From assembly GCF_964355755.1 (NCBI RefSeq), contig NC_092671.1, forward strand, positions 40,744,304 through 40,808,303: a DNA stretch of 64,000 nt. The letters run 5' to 3'. The DNA comes from Antedon mediterranea (lineage: Eukaryota > Animalia > Echinodermata). Positions within the stretch are counted from its first letter, which is position 1, and every line of letters starts with the position of its first letter. Both the position numbers and the translations under genes were made by a program. Positions 52,850 to 64,000 of the stretch are shown here, one piece after another. Below the pieces are notes generated by a model. It was not told the DNA's origin and ran no database searches. It saw only the letters and a list, made by a program, of their open reading frames with translations.

Positions 52850-53726
52850 AAAAAAGTGAGTGGTTGGGCCTAAGTACAATATATCATTAAGTTGGACGCA
52901 GTAAAAATGGAAAAACAAGAAAATACATATAAGACAAGATAACATCAAAAAACAATATTAAAAAATATCTTAATTAAACTGATATTCCAAGCTGTTCATT
53001 ATTAAAATATTCTTTAAGTTTTATTTTGAAGGTTGCATTATTTTGTATTGATTTGAGTGAATTGGATAAGAAATATATAAAAAAATCGTATACTCTGTCA
53101 GACTGTAGGCAGTTATAGTTTGAGGTAAAACATCGAAACCGTGCGGGCCGTGGCATATACATTAAGTGATCTCATCTTGCCATCACTTAATTCACTATTC
53201 ACCTGAATAAATCTTGATTAATTCATATAGTTAGTAATACAGTAAGCGAATGCGTAATTGTATACAACGATACAACGGCCATGTTAATTTGAATTATATA
53301 TAAGTATACACAAGATACTTTTTAATAGAAAACAGAATACGATTAACTAAGATACGGCCAATGTTCCAACAAATAGTGTAAATAAAACAGTTACTCATAT
53401 TGCAAGTAATAAAAAATGCAGTCATTATACCTGTGTAAATAGTTAGTAGGGGTTTTTAATATAAAAAGAATACAATAAAAATAAATGATCTGCTTAAACT
53501 TATAATAATGAATGCATCGATCTAGGTCTTTAAAGTTTGTATCTCGAAAATACTCATAGCAGTACATTGGACGTCACAATAGTTGTAGTTAGCAGCGATT
53601 ATTATTACTTACCTCATCAGGATTATTCCCTGGTTCATAGGTAATGTATGCCCCACGAAAATGTGATGCGTGACAACTTAACACAATAATGTGTAAGAAC
53701 AATAATCCTTTTGTGTAAGCCTGCAT
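31606..53726 (-). CDS. Type I membrane protein: signal peptide, HFRG-type N-terminal region, Ig-like domains, 12 EGF repeats, ZP module, TM helix
   Basis: Exons: 53726-53613 (MQAYTK...[10 protein letters not shown]), 50177-49930, 47305-47124 (DCCW, NSSP), 47026-46896 (DVRCRW), 42551-42407, 40505-40382, 40139-39978, 39489-39449, 39195-39098, 38996-38738. Twelve phase-1 EGF exons of about 114 nt lie between about 38231 and 34094 (mostly D/E-I-N-E-C calcium-binding type). ZP exons about 33976-33708, 33416-33027, 32773-32668, 32403-32226 ([10 protein letters not shown], basic site QKRS). TM exon 31754-31606. Confidence 0.9.
32496..32638. mobile_element. MITE
   Basis: Terminal inverted repeats ATGCTTGGTTCCCACTAG / CTAGTGGGAACCAAGCAT. 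Confidence 0.8.
33490..33695. mobile_element. MITE related to 32496-32638
   Basis: Terminal inverted repeats CGTGGTTCCCACTAG / CTAGTGGGAACCACG with internal ACGCA repeats; lies about 12 nt from a splice donor. Confidence 0.8.
37494..37713 (-). repeat. 43-44-bp tandem repeat, 5 copies, spanning a splice donor
   Basis: Minus-strand unit ACAG|GTAAGGACAACCAAAGATAAGCTATAAACCTAAATACTGT. Confidence 0.95.
46349..46578. repeat. 57-58-bp tandem repeat, 4 copies
   Basis: Unit AAGGAAGGATTATGATATACTT...GCATTATTATAC. Confidence 0.93.
52015..52175. repeat. About 52-bp tandem repeat, 3 copies
   Basis: Unit GAAACAGAAGACAAAGCAATGTACAAGATTT..CTTCGTCTTCCGTTCCGT. Confidence 0.9.
52620..53075 (-). mobile_element. 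Truncated LINE 3' end (CR1/L2 group)
   Basis: Minus-strand peptide [22 protein letters not shown] resembles CR1/L2 ORF2 C-termini; ends in an (AATC)n tail. Confidence 0.5.
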
Positions 53727-53770
53727 CGTGTTATTTATTCAGCTACAAAGTAAGGTTCCTTTCTAATGCT

Positions 53771-53785
53771 ATATTTATATATATA
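53771..53785 (-). promoter_or_regulatory. Candidate TATA box of the EGF-ZP gene
   Basis: Minus-strand TATATAAATA about 50 nt upstream of the ATG at 53726; weak evidence in AT-rich DNA. Confidence 0.4.
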
Positions 53786-54392
53786 ATATAATCTTCCTCG
53801 TGGTATGTCAGTATATCCCTCTTTCTTCCAGTTTAGGTGTTTACCTTGAGTTCACACTGTTACTAGTGTACACATACCGTGGTTGGATTTATATATACTA
53901 CTCACAACACTGTTCCGCTTTGATGGTTTGAATATTACTACGCTTCACGCCCCCACCGTCTGTTGTATGATACGTACTTTCCATTATTTCCTCGGGATAT
54001 CGCCGGGATATCCTCAGTTTGCCCTCTAAGCGGTAATTCAACCGCATCCACACCCTGAACACCCATTCATCCTCCAATATACCAATTTCGTAAACATAAT
54101 AATCTATTTGAAATTAATATTATGTATGTTACAATGGTCGGATACTGTAGTACACATGGTAAAAATAAATAAAATCAAAGGTGCCTGCTATTATTCTTCA
54201 TTTTAAAATGTTGGACCGAAAGCTCACCGTAAAGAACATCGATATATTTTCCCCTCTCAATTGTACATAAATAATACTTAAATGTTCTACCCTTTTCTTG
54301 TTTAAAACTCACTATTCTCTTGTCTTTATTTGTAAGATAAAATACAACCAAATAATATATATATATATATATATAGGCTATATTTCTTATGG

Positions 54393-57300
54393 TTATTTCT
54401 AAACAAATTAGTTACCCTAACCCCAGACCGGTATAGTGTTATTTCTAAACAAATTAGTTACCCTAACCCCAGACCGGTATAGTGTTATTTCTAAACAAAT
54501 TAGTTACCCTAACCCCAGACCGGTATAGTGTTATTTCTAAACAAATTAGTTACCCTAACCCCAGACCGGTATAGTGTTATTTCTAAACAAATTAGTTACC
54601 CTGACCCCTAACCGGTATAGTGTTATTTCTAAACAAATTAGTTACCCTAACCCCAGACCGGTATAGTGTTATTTCTAAACAAATTAGTTACCCTAACCCC
54701 AGACCGATATAGTGTTATTTCTAAACAAATTAGTTACCCTAACCCCAGACCGGTATAGTGTTATTTCTAAACAAATTAGTTACCCTAACCCCAGACCGGT
54801 ATAGTGTTATTTCTAAACAAATTAGTTACCCTAACCCCAGACCGGTATAGTGTTATTTCTAAACAAATTAGTTACCCTAACCCCTAACCGGTATAGTGTT
54901 ATTTCTAAACAAATTAGTTACCCTAACCCCAGACCGGTATAGTGTTATTTCTAAACAAATTAGTTACCCTAACCCCAGACCGGTATAGTGTTATTTCTAA
55001 ACAAATTAGTTACCCTAACCCCAGACCGGTATACTGTTATTTCTAAACAAATTAGTTACCCTAACCCCAGACCGGTATAGTGTTATTTCTAAACAAATTA
55101 GTTACCTTAACCCCAGACCGGTATAGTGTTATTTCTAAACAAATTAGTTACCCTAACCCCAGACCGGTATAGTGTTATTTCTAAACAAATTAGTTACCCT
55201 AACTCCAGACCGGTATAGTGTTATTTCTAAACAAATTAGTTACCCTAACCCCAGACCGGTATAGTGTTATTTCTAAACAAATTAGTTACCCTAACCCCAG
55301 ACCGGTATAGTGTTATTTCTAAACAAATTAGTTACCCTAACCCCAGACCGGTATAGTGTTATTTCTAAACAAATTAGTTACCCTAACCCCAGACCGGTAT
55401 AGTGTTATTTCTAAACAAATTAGTTACCCTAACCCCAGACCGGTATAGTGTTATTTCTAAACAAATTAGTTACCCTAACCCCAGACCGGTATAGTGTTAT
55501 TTCTAAACAAATTAGTTACCCTAACCCCAGACCGGTATAGTGTTATTTCTAAACAAATTAGTTACCCTAACCCCAGACCGGTATAGTGTTATTTCTAAAC
55601 AAATTAGTTACCCTGACCCCTAACCGGTATAGTGTTATTTCTAAACAAATTAGTTACCCTAACCCCAGACCGGTATAGTGTTATTTCTAAACAAATTAGT
55701 TACCCTAACCCCAGACCGGTATAGTGTTATTTCTAAACAAATTAGTTACCCTAACCCCAGACCGGTATAGTGTTATTTCTAAACAAATTAGTTACCCTAA
55801 CCCCAGACCGGTATAGTGTTATTTCTAAACAAATTAGTTACCCTAACCCCAGACCGGTATAGTGTTATTTCTAAACAAATTAGTTACCCTAACCCCTAAC
55901 CGGTATAGTGTTATTTCTAAACAAATTAGTTACCCTAACCCCAGACCGGTATAGTGTTATTTCTAAACAAATTAGTTACCCTAACCCCAGACCGGTATAG
56001 TGTTATTTCTAAACAAATTAGTTACCCTAACCCCAGACCGGTATACTGTTATTTCTAAACAAATTAGTTACCCTAACCCCAGACCGGTATAGTGTTATTT
56101 CTAAACAAATTAGTTACCTTAACCCCAGACCGGTATAGTGTTATTTCTAAACAAATTAGTTACCCTAACCCCAGACCGGTATAGTGTTATTTCTAAACAA
56201 ATTAGTTACCCTAACCACAGACCGGTATAGTGTTATTTCTAAACAAATTAGTTACCCTAACCCCAGACCGGTATAGTGTTATTTCTAAACAAATTAGTTA
56301 CCCTAACCCCAGACCGGTATAGTGTTATTTCTAAACAAATTAGTTACCCTAACCCCAGACCGGTATAGTGTTATTTCTAAACAAATTAGTTACCCTAACC
56401 CCAGACCGGTATACTGTTATTTCTAAACAAATTAGTTACCCTAACCCCAGACCGGTATAGTGTTATTTCTAAACAAATTAGTTACCTTAACCCCAGACCG
56501 GTATAGTGTTATTTCTAAACAAATTAGTTACCCTAACCCCAGACCGGTATAGTGTTATTTCTAAACAAATTAGTTACCCTAACTCCAGACCGGTATAGTG
56601 TTATTTCTAAACAAATTAGTTACCCTAACCCCAGACCGGTATAGTGTTATTTCTAAACAAATTAGTTACCCTAACCCCAGACCGGTATAGTGTTATTTCT
56701 AAACAAATTAGTTACCCTAACCCCAGACCGGTATAGTGTTATTTCTAAACAAATTAGTTACCCTAACCCCAGACCGGTATAGTGTTATTTCTAAACAAAT
56801 TAGTTACCCTAACCCCAGACCGGTATAGTGTTATTTCTAAACAAATTAGTTACCCTAACCCCAGACCGGTATAGTGTTATTTCTAAACAAATTAGTTACC
56901 CTAACCCCAGACCGGTATAGTGTTATTTCTAAACAAATTAGTTACCCTAACCCCAGACCGGTATAGTGTTATTTCTAAACAAATTAGTTACCCTGACCCC
57001 TAACCGGTATAGTGTTATTTCTAAACAAATTAGTTACCCTAACCCCAGACCGGTATAGTGTTATTTCTAAACAAATTAGTTACCCTAACCCCAGACCGGT
57101 ATAGTGTTATTTCTAAACAAATTAGTTACCCTAACCCCAGACCGGTATAGTGTTATTTCTAAACAAATTAGTTACCCTAACCCCAGACCGGTATAGTGTT
57201 ATTTCTAAACAAATTAGTTACCCTAACCCCAGACCGGTATAGTGTTATTTCTAAACAAATTAGTTACCCTAACCCCTAACCGGTATAGTGTTATTTCTAA

Positions 57301-57802
57301 ACAAATTAGTTACCCTAACCCCAGACCGGTATAGTGTTATTTCTAAACAAATTAGTTACCCTAACCCCAGACCGGTATAGTGTTATTTCTAAACAAATTA
57401 GTTACCCTAACCCCAGACCGGTATACTGTTATTTCTAAACAAATTAGTTACCCTAACCCCAGACCGGTATAGTGTTATTTCTAAACAAATTAGTTACCTT
57501 AACCCCAGACCGGTATAGTGTTATTTCTAAACAAATTAGTTACCCTAACCCCAGACCGGTATAGTGTTATTTCTAAACAAATTAGTTACCCTAACCCCAG
57601 ACCGGTATAGTGTTATTTCTAAACAAATTAGTTACCCTAACCCCAGACCGGTATAGTGTTATTTCTAAACAAATTAGTTACCCTAACCCCAGACCAGTAT
57701 AGTGTTATTTCTAAACAAATTAGTTACCCTAACCCCAGACCGGTATAGTGTTATTTCTAAACAAATTAGTTACCCTAACCCCAGATCGGTATAGTGTTAT
57801 TT
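54393..57802. repeat. 46-bp satellite, about 74 copies, with higher-order structure
   Basis: Unit GTGTTATTTCTAAACAAATTAGTTACCCTAACCCCAGACCGGTATA. Confidence 0.98.
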
Positions 57803-58746
57803 TTGTCTTCATTTTTTTAAATATTTGGAATACCCTTCATCCATCCCATCCTAAACCAATTGTTATGCTTGCTTAATGTGACTTGAATGATAAGTATCGT
57901 ATTTTCGGCATGGGTGATTGAGTACCTGGAGCAATAAACTTTATTCTTTATTCTTATCAATGAACTTGAGAATGGACTTAAACCTTTTTCTTCACAGATA
58001 AGCGGATTACTGGTGGTTATTTGTTTCAGTGCAGAATACCATTTTTTCTGTCTATTATTTTAATACGATTGAAGTTACTTTGGCGGTCATGGTCGAGGTG
58101 ATTTGGAAGGTTGACGTATAGAAATGATTCTTATGCATGTTTGAATTCCTATGAGTTGGTTCATACACCTGTTGACGTCAAGGAATTCCAATCTCTCTAC
58201 ATAAACAAAAACTTATTTATAATTTGAAATGACATTATTGATGGTGTGGGATGGAGCAGGTTACATATTTCCTGTTTCAGTCGTTTTGGTGGTACTGGTG
58301 GTACTGCGCATTAAAACGTCACTTCCGAATACATATACTCAGTCGCCATAAAGGAAAAAAAGGAATAAACATTGCAAAAAAATATTAATAAGAAGAGTTA
58401 TTGAACTATAACAACCTAACTTCCGAAAAGGGTAATGTTATATTATAAAACAATTTGTATAGAACTGGCACAAAAATTAATTAAATATCAATTATTTCAA
58501 CATCTAAAGTAAGTAATAAATTAGGTCACTCCGAGTAACCTTCATGCCTTACGGTACCACAGTCAGGAGGAAGTATATTTGATTATGTTTCAATCACCGT
58601 GATTTCGTCGTCAACACAATGTATACATTCGCTGGATCTATTTTATGAAATCACATTGTACAATAATCGTTTAAAATTGCATTTTAGAACACGCAGGCTC
58701 ATACCAGCTAAAATAAACATTATTCATGAATTCTGATTGGTTGTGC

Positions 58747-59276
58747 CTTTTTCACGTCACAAAAAACACTTCCGATTCCGCGAATAAATTCGCTTAGTGG
58801 AAAGCAGGCTGAAGTCTGATATAATAATTATTGGTCCTTATATAATGTATGTAGTTTAGTGTGTGGCTTCTTCAACGTTGCACGTTTAAAAAATTAATAT
58901 TAGTAAAGGTATACCGACGCTTTTTTCACGTCACCAAAAAAAAAAAAAAATCTATTCCGCGCATAAATTCGCTTAGTAGAAAGCAGGCTGAAGTCTGATA
59001 TAATCATTAGTGGTCCTTATAGAATGTATGTAGTTTAGTGTGTGGCTTCAAAATTGCACGTTTAAAAAATTGATATTAATAAAGGTATACCGACGCTTTT
59101 TTCACGTCACAAAAAACACTTTCGATTCCGCGAATAAATTCGCAAAACAGGTTGAAGTCTGATATAATAATTAGTGGTCCTTATTGTATAGAATGTATGT
59201 AGATTTAGTTTGTGGCTTCAAAATTGCATCTCTTTAAAAAGTTTATATTAGTAGGCCTAAAGGTAATACCGACGCG
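58747..59276. repeat. About 175-bp diverged tandem repeat, 3 copies
   Basis: Each copy starts TTTTTCACGTCAC and ends ATACCGACGC. Confidence 0.9.
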
Positions 59277-60888
59277 TCCCATTAATGTATTGGATTACAT
59301 GTACTGTACTATTCTATAGTTTCGGTTGACTAAAAATTAATATCATTAGTCCTATATTGTTTAATGCGTAGGCCAGATGCCGTCTATTGTTCTTGCTAAT
59401 AGAGAATAGATTCGTTTCTATATCTAAATCTGAGGACACGAACCGTACGGTGTCTCATCATTTTCTTTAAACATTAGACGTATAGGCTATTATTTGTAAG
59501 GCGTGTATAGTTTCCGCGTTTGGTATGCTGAAATAGTGTTGTATGAGTTAATTGAGAACTAGAAAGGAACTGATTAAATACTTTTAAATCAAGTTTAGAT
59601 CAAATTAGCAATATTGTTTTTAAAGTAAAACACGCACAACTGTGTTTAACTACTTATTCTAGGCTTAATGATATTTTGTTACCTTCAGCTTTAGTACAGT
59701 GTATTTAAATATTACAATGCACTACGAGTAAAGATCAGGCATGCATGACGCAACGCAAGATAACACACACCTATCACTTAATAAAAAGAGGGAATCGATA
59801 TATGAAAATGTCTGCAATTTCCTCCTTTTAATTGTCTGTACTTCTAGTCTTAGTGTTTAATTGCTTATATTATAGATCACAGAGTTAATAAACAATACAA
59901 TCGCAGGGTGACAGATATTGTATGAAACAGGTGATATTCAATTTGTTCGTAGAAAATAGTAAAACGGGAAAATGACTAATAAACAAGAAAGCTATGAAGG
60001 TCACACAAAAACTAGAGTATAGTGAAATTGTGCATATATCATCACACGAAGTTCAAAAGAAAACAAAAAAAAATCGTTCTTTAATCCCTCTTAAAATGTA
60101 GGGCACATCTTAAAAATAAATACTATAACACTGAAATAAAAGAATAAGGTAACTTAACTTAACTTATTAAAGAAAGAGAGACTTTCGATAAAATTCATCC
60201 ATTGAGTTACTCCATGATACATCAGACTACCGACATGTAACATTCCTGTTGTCTTTCGATACTCTGTTCAAATATTCAGAACAGGACATAAAATGACTGC
60301 AACTATTGGATACATTAGTTTGCATTAATTTAATTAGAAACATTCAAAATACCAACATGTTATGTATTTGTGCTCTCACATACAAGATACTATTCAAATA
60401 TGTCACTGAACTTCGGTAATTATGGAGGTTCCTAAAATAATTGTTCATCGAAGGCCAAGCTGTCATTGTATACGCACTGTAACTTGTTTTACTCATCAAG
60501 ATGTACAGCAGAAAATTATCAAAGGAAAATACATATTAATTAAGAAAGGTTAACCTTGTAACCTATATATATATATAAGTCAGGCTTTACTAAGGTTTAT
60601 TTGCGTAAACCAGGCTGTGCTTTTTATTTCGGTATATTCTCTAAACTCTACCCATCCTTTACCTACTCACAGGAAGCAGTTGTACGCTATTGAGTGATGC
60701 CTGCTTTTGTACAGACCTTGACCATTCAACCTATCGAGTCGATTGCAATACTGGGAATTAGACGGAACAAAATCACACTGGACACAAACCATACATCCAC
60801 TCTCACCTTTACTTGCAGATAATGTATTAATGAAAATATAACGAGGGCAGTGGAAAAATAAGGCATATTATTATAGAAGGAAAGTATT

Positions 60889-61180
60889 CGGCGAGTCATA
60901 TGGCCGAGCGGTTAAGGCAGGGGCGCCGTTTACCGTACCTAAAGAGCCAACAACAACATCGGCAAGGGTTCGAGGCCGACTCGCTCCTAGTTCTGGTGGT
61001 GGAACAAGTCTTCTCGGATAAGGACTATAAACCGTAGGTCCAGTGTACACAGTTATAACCTGTGTGTACTTTAAAGAACCCATTCATTATTCGAAAAAGA
61101 GTAGGGGGTTACCCCGATGAACTGGTTCACACAATAGCCCCTGTATCAGGGGGATTACCACCTATCTTATAGGACAGTGA
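60889..61180 (+). mobile_element. Deu/Nin-like SINE, divergent subfamily
   Basis: Same A/B boxes and core as 3308-3612, but a different head interior and 3' tail. Confidence 0.8.
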
Positions 61181-61763
61181 TTAATTCACTATTGGTAATC
61201 CTTGGCCACATTGCCTAAAGACATGAAATAAAATAAAATAATAAAATATTCATTCTGAAAGATGATAAAAATATAAAATGATGAAATGCATATTTGATTA
61301 TAATGTAAGCATTTGTTAGTAAGACTAATCACTAGTCCATGACCATGACCATGATAATCAATTGGATAACAAAATATCATAATGGTATGCATGTATTTTA
61401 AGTAAAGGACATGAGATTGAATGAGTGATATATCGTATATATGACAACTGACTAGAAGTATAGGCCTATTATTATAGAAGAATATTTTGATAAATTTAAC
61501 ATGTTTAGGCTACAGCTTTTATATAAACAAATAAGTAACACTACCGTACGTACTTTAATCATGGGCCAAAGGGGTCGAAAGATCGAATCATAATATTTTT
61601 TTAGTGTTTATAGTTATTGTGTTTGAGGAAATATTAAAATTTTTTTGATCATTAATTTATCTATAGTTGTAGTGAACTCAAGATCATAGCAAGGTTGAGT
61701 GAGTCCTAAATATTGTAACAGGTTTCTTGTAAGGCTAGGTCAAATAGTAAACAATCATGAGAA

Positions 61764-61932
61764 ATACAGGGATAAATACCTTAAAAGAGGTGTTATTAAG
61801 GATGATGTCAACATTCAATTAACATGGGCATCCCTTGAAGCAAAAGACAGGAATAAATACCTAAAGAGGTGTTATTATGATGATGTCAACGTGCAATTAA
61901 CATGGGCATCCATTGAAGCAAAAGACAGGAAC
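61764..61932. repeat. About 82-bp tandem duplication
   Basis: ATAAATACCT..AAGAGGTGTTATT..GATGATGTCAAC..AATTAACATGGGCATCC..TGAAGCAAAAGACAGGAA twice. Confidence 0.8.
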
Positions 61933-62546
61933 ATTGGGTTTCAATAAGCAAACTAAAGGGAAAATCTAAAGTAAAATTTACTGGATGAGCTAAATGACAC
62001 CGGTACTTTGCGATAGGTTGGAGCCACATGAACCAAACCGATTAGCTTGAATCCTCATGAGAAATTCACTCAGCAACATTGACGATTGTACTTTGTACAC
62101 CTGTTGGCAAAACAACTCCGTCACACGAAATGGGCACCAAAAAAAAGTAAAATAGTTTACAGTAGTAACAATTCTTATTCAGAATTCAACTTTCTTCACG
62201 ATATGTTGTATTGAATTTATGGAGAGATATATGACTAATTATGCCTATTATAATTAACAACACACCTGCTTAAGCTTCCATAGTGCACTCATAACAAAAG
62301 TAGTGCCTATTTTACCGAGTATATCTCCCATGTGTGTAATTAAGACAGGCATTAGGACATGTTATGGTAAATCGTTACGTAAAGCTATATATAAACCATG
62401 CTTTACCTTCATTAAGTTAATTGATTAAAAAAACAATATCAATTTAGAAGTCAATGTATAGAGGATAGCAGGAGGTAGCAGGAATATAAAAGAGATTCGA
62501 ATATATTGGTGATAGTCAGAGGATGACAACAAACACCAATGCTGAA

Positions 62547-62708
62547 GAATGATATCAAATGGGAGGTTACAGAATAACTGATGAATACGGTACATAATGC
62601 CAGAATGATATCAAATGGGAGGTTAAAGAATAACTGATCAATACGGTACATAATTCCAGAATGATATCAAATGTGAGGTTAAAGAATAACCGATCAATAC
62701 ATAATGCA
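62547..62708. repeat. About 56-bp diverged tandem repeat, 3 copies
   Basis: Unit AGAATGATATCAAATGGGAGGTTAAAGAATAACTGAT..ATACGGTACATAAT. Confidence 0.8.
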
Positions 62709-63798
62709 AAGATGATAGATACACCAAAGAAGATGCCATTATTTAAGAGTGCGTTTAGATTAGAAAGATAATAAATCAGGGATGATGGTAGATAAGAGCA
62801 CTCAGCCGACACTCAAGAATAAAAGGCTGATTAGCGATAGTGAATGTGGTATTAGGTTTTTGAAGTAATGTCCAAGCTATCATTCGATAACATCGAATGA
62901 AAAAAGTGTAATTTGGTATCTATTAATTATATCACTGTTACTTTAGTGAAAGCTTGCTTAATGTTCTTTAAGCAAGGCTTCTCTCTCCTTCTTGTCATAA
63001 AATATGTTTAGCACTTAATAATATTTAATACACGCCAAATCGTTCGTTTCCGCCTCAAATATAGCCGTGATGTACACGATACCGTCATCAGATAACTTTA
63101 TCAAGGACATCTTGCTAATGATATCTTACATGCATTAAAGATGTAGGCCTAGATCAATACTACATTATACAACATTCGATGTGCGTAGGTTTTATTTAGA
63201 GGAGAATTTGCATTTTATTTTATTATCAACATCGGTAATAAAATAACCATTATAAATACCGGTTTATTAATTATAGGCCAAAATGTATTTTATTTATTTA
63301 TGTTTTTCGTAAACCAATGTACATAAAATATACAGTTTATGAAAAACATTGATTAAAAACACATTATTTTATTATTGCACAGGAAACACGCTACACAACT
63401 GTTTTTGATGTTTAAGAATAATGATATTTTGAGCAGCGGTATGTTGAAAATTATAGATACATTCTGATTTCACCATTTCGTTGAAAAGTGAACACATAAT
63501 ATGTAGACCTGTTACATTGTCATTCATCATGTTATTTTAGGCAAAATGTCTCCCTAAATCAGATTATAAAATGATTTTTTATAACAGAAACTTGTTTAAA
63601 AGTTAAGCAAGCCAACTTTCCTGTTAGCGTGACAAAAGAGCATTCAGCTTGTTTAAAAATATGATTGACATGAGAAACTTTAAAGATCCAACATTTCCGG
63701 ATTCATGCATGTGTGCCTTCAGTATCTTGGGTGAATATCCTAGCCACTGAATACAACGTTTTGACGATTATGGTATGGTAAGTATGTCCACTAAGTGG

Positions 63799-63960
63799 AG
63801 TGGAGCTGTGGCTTGGTGGTTATGATGCTTGGCTACCAATCAAAGGGTCCTGGGTTCAAGTCCTGTCATATGTCAGGGTTTTTTTCTCATGACAATTTAC
63901 AACTCCACTCCCAAAGACTTAATAATAAGTCTTTGTCTATGTAGAGCATCTTGTGTATAT
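63799..63960 (+). mobile_element. tRNA-derived SINE head, third family
   Basis: A box TGGCTTGGTGG and B box GGTTCAAGTCC with a degenerate cloverleaf; 3' limit uncertain. Confidence 0.6.
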
Positions 63961-64000
63961 GTTTGTCTTATATGTTCTAGTGCAGTATATGGAGAGCCAT

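Overview
AT-rich animal genomic DNA, probably an invertebrate deuterostome such as an echinoderm (inference). Four spliced genes were reconstructed by hand from GT-AG junctions: the 3' part of an ALDH16-type aldehyde dehydrogenase (+), a complete ABCB8-type mitochondrial half ABC transporter (+), a secreted protein (-), and its larger paralog (-). The larger paralog reads signal peptide, HFRG-type N-terminal region, Ig-like domains, 12 EGF repeats, ZP module and TM helix. There is also a small two-TM ORF, tRNA-derived SINEs, MITEs and many tandem arrays. Two patterns stand out. (1) Several intronic arrays are amplified copies of the gene's own splice junction: about 48 acceptors in ALDH16, 39 in ABCB8 and 5 donors in the ZP gene. 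Direct use of any copy but one breaks the reading frame or introduces a stop. (2) Comparing repeat copies shows TA expanded to TACAGTA or TAGGCCTA, which suggests these abundant motifs are cut-and-paste transposon excision footprints. Most long ORFs in the supplied track are repeat artefacts. Counts and coordinates were read by eye.
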